57,303 nt of DNA from a virus. Its lineage: Duplodnaviria > Caudoviricetes. The notes beneath the pieces are model-generated. The model saw nothing but the letters and a program-made list of their open reading frames with translations. It did not search any database and was not told the origin of the DNA. The stretch spans positions 1-57,303 of the IMG/VR virus record IMGVR_UViG_3300005965_000006; one strand, written 5' to 3'. Position numbers and translations under genes: made by a program. This document shows positions 56,887 to 57,303 of this stretch, piece by piece. Position 1 is the stretch's first letter, and each line of letters starts with the position of its first letter.

Positions 56887-56967
56887 TTAGTTAAGGGTTA
56901 CTACTAGACACATAAGTAGTAGGGTTACTACTAGTATCCATTTCCCGTCATTGTATTCTTCATTCAT
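56887..56967 (-). CDS. Small membrane peptide (26 aa, MNEEYNDGKWILVVTLLLMCLVVTLN)
   Basis: Paralog of 599..688; followed by a motif-bearing hairpin at 56832-56889. Confidence 0.6.
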   Translation of the reverse strand: MNEEYNDGKWILVVTLLLMCLVVTLN

Positions 56968-56969
56968 AA

Positions 56970-57203
56970 CTATTCTTTTATATGTTTTTCTAAGTCATTG
57001 AATGATATGATTAGTTTAAGATTCTCTTTTTGTTGTGGAGTAAGATCATCTCTAAAATCTACTAACATCTCACAACACACTGAGAACTGGTTTATAACAC
57101 CATCTAAGACCGTCTCTTTTTGTTGTGGAGTAAGATCATCTCTAAAATCTACTAACATCTCACAACACTCTGAGAACTGGTGTATAACATCTAACTTTTC
57201 CAT
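56970..57203 (-). CDS. Small early protein with an internal 30-aa (90-bp) tandem duplication
   Basis: VIxQFSxCCEMLVDFRDDLTPQQKE occurs twice. Confidence 0.7.
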   Translation of the reverse strand: MEKLDVIHQFSECCEMLVDFRDDLTPQQKETVLDGVINQFSVCCEMLVDFRDDLTPQQKENLKLIISFNDLEKHIKE

Positions 57204-57303
57204 GAGGTCCTTCCTTTCAAATGTTACTAATACAAACTAATGGTTTCAATATTCATTATACTTATATTATAATTTAATAATTGTCAAAAGTGAATCTGCT
57301 TAG
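57191..57303 (-). promoter_or_regulatory. Repeated early promoter/leader cassette, copy D (may be the same locus as copy A)
   Basis: Identical to 60-172. Confidence 0.75.

Overview
This window looks like an essentially complete ~57.1-kb genome of an AT-rich, tailed dsDNA phage with a short-tail (podovirus-type) virion. The last 172 bp repeat the first 172 bp with 3 mismatches. I found no integrase, tRNA or CRISPR array. Layout: a repeat-rich non-coding zone (1.2-2.5 kb); packaging genes (TerS, and TerL carrying a LAGLIDADG intein); portal, scaffold and capsid; adaptor and nozzle; ejection proteins (one with an SLT domain); lysis genes; a glycoside-hydrolase spike and a LamG-type fibre; an SNF2 helicase; an AEP primase, UvrD helicase and PolA; a pyrimidine-metabolism cluster; and a minus-strand early region of small genes built from repeated promoter cassettes. 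Main observations: (1) the 10-mer TCCAAGARGT occurs at least 19 times (24 with GCCAAGAGGT), on both strands and in all reading phases, often as inverted pairs spaced about 5 kb apart, and four paralogous 'IxWY[KR]' HTH-like proteins are candidate binders; (2) the thymidylate-synthase homolog has Asp at the dUMP/dCMP specificity position and sits with DHFR, dCMP deaminase, a MazG-Nmad1 fusion and a Mig-like T:G glycosylase, suggesting 5-methyl-dCMP chemistry; (3) a 29-bp inverted repeat encloses one whole gene; (4) two distant intergenic regions share GTGCCGTATGTGCCG iterons; (5) GATC is almost absent. All counts were made by eye and functional calls rest on motif recognition, not database searches.
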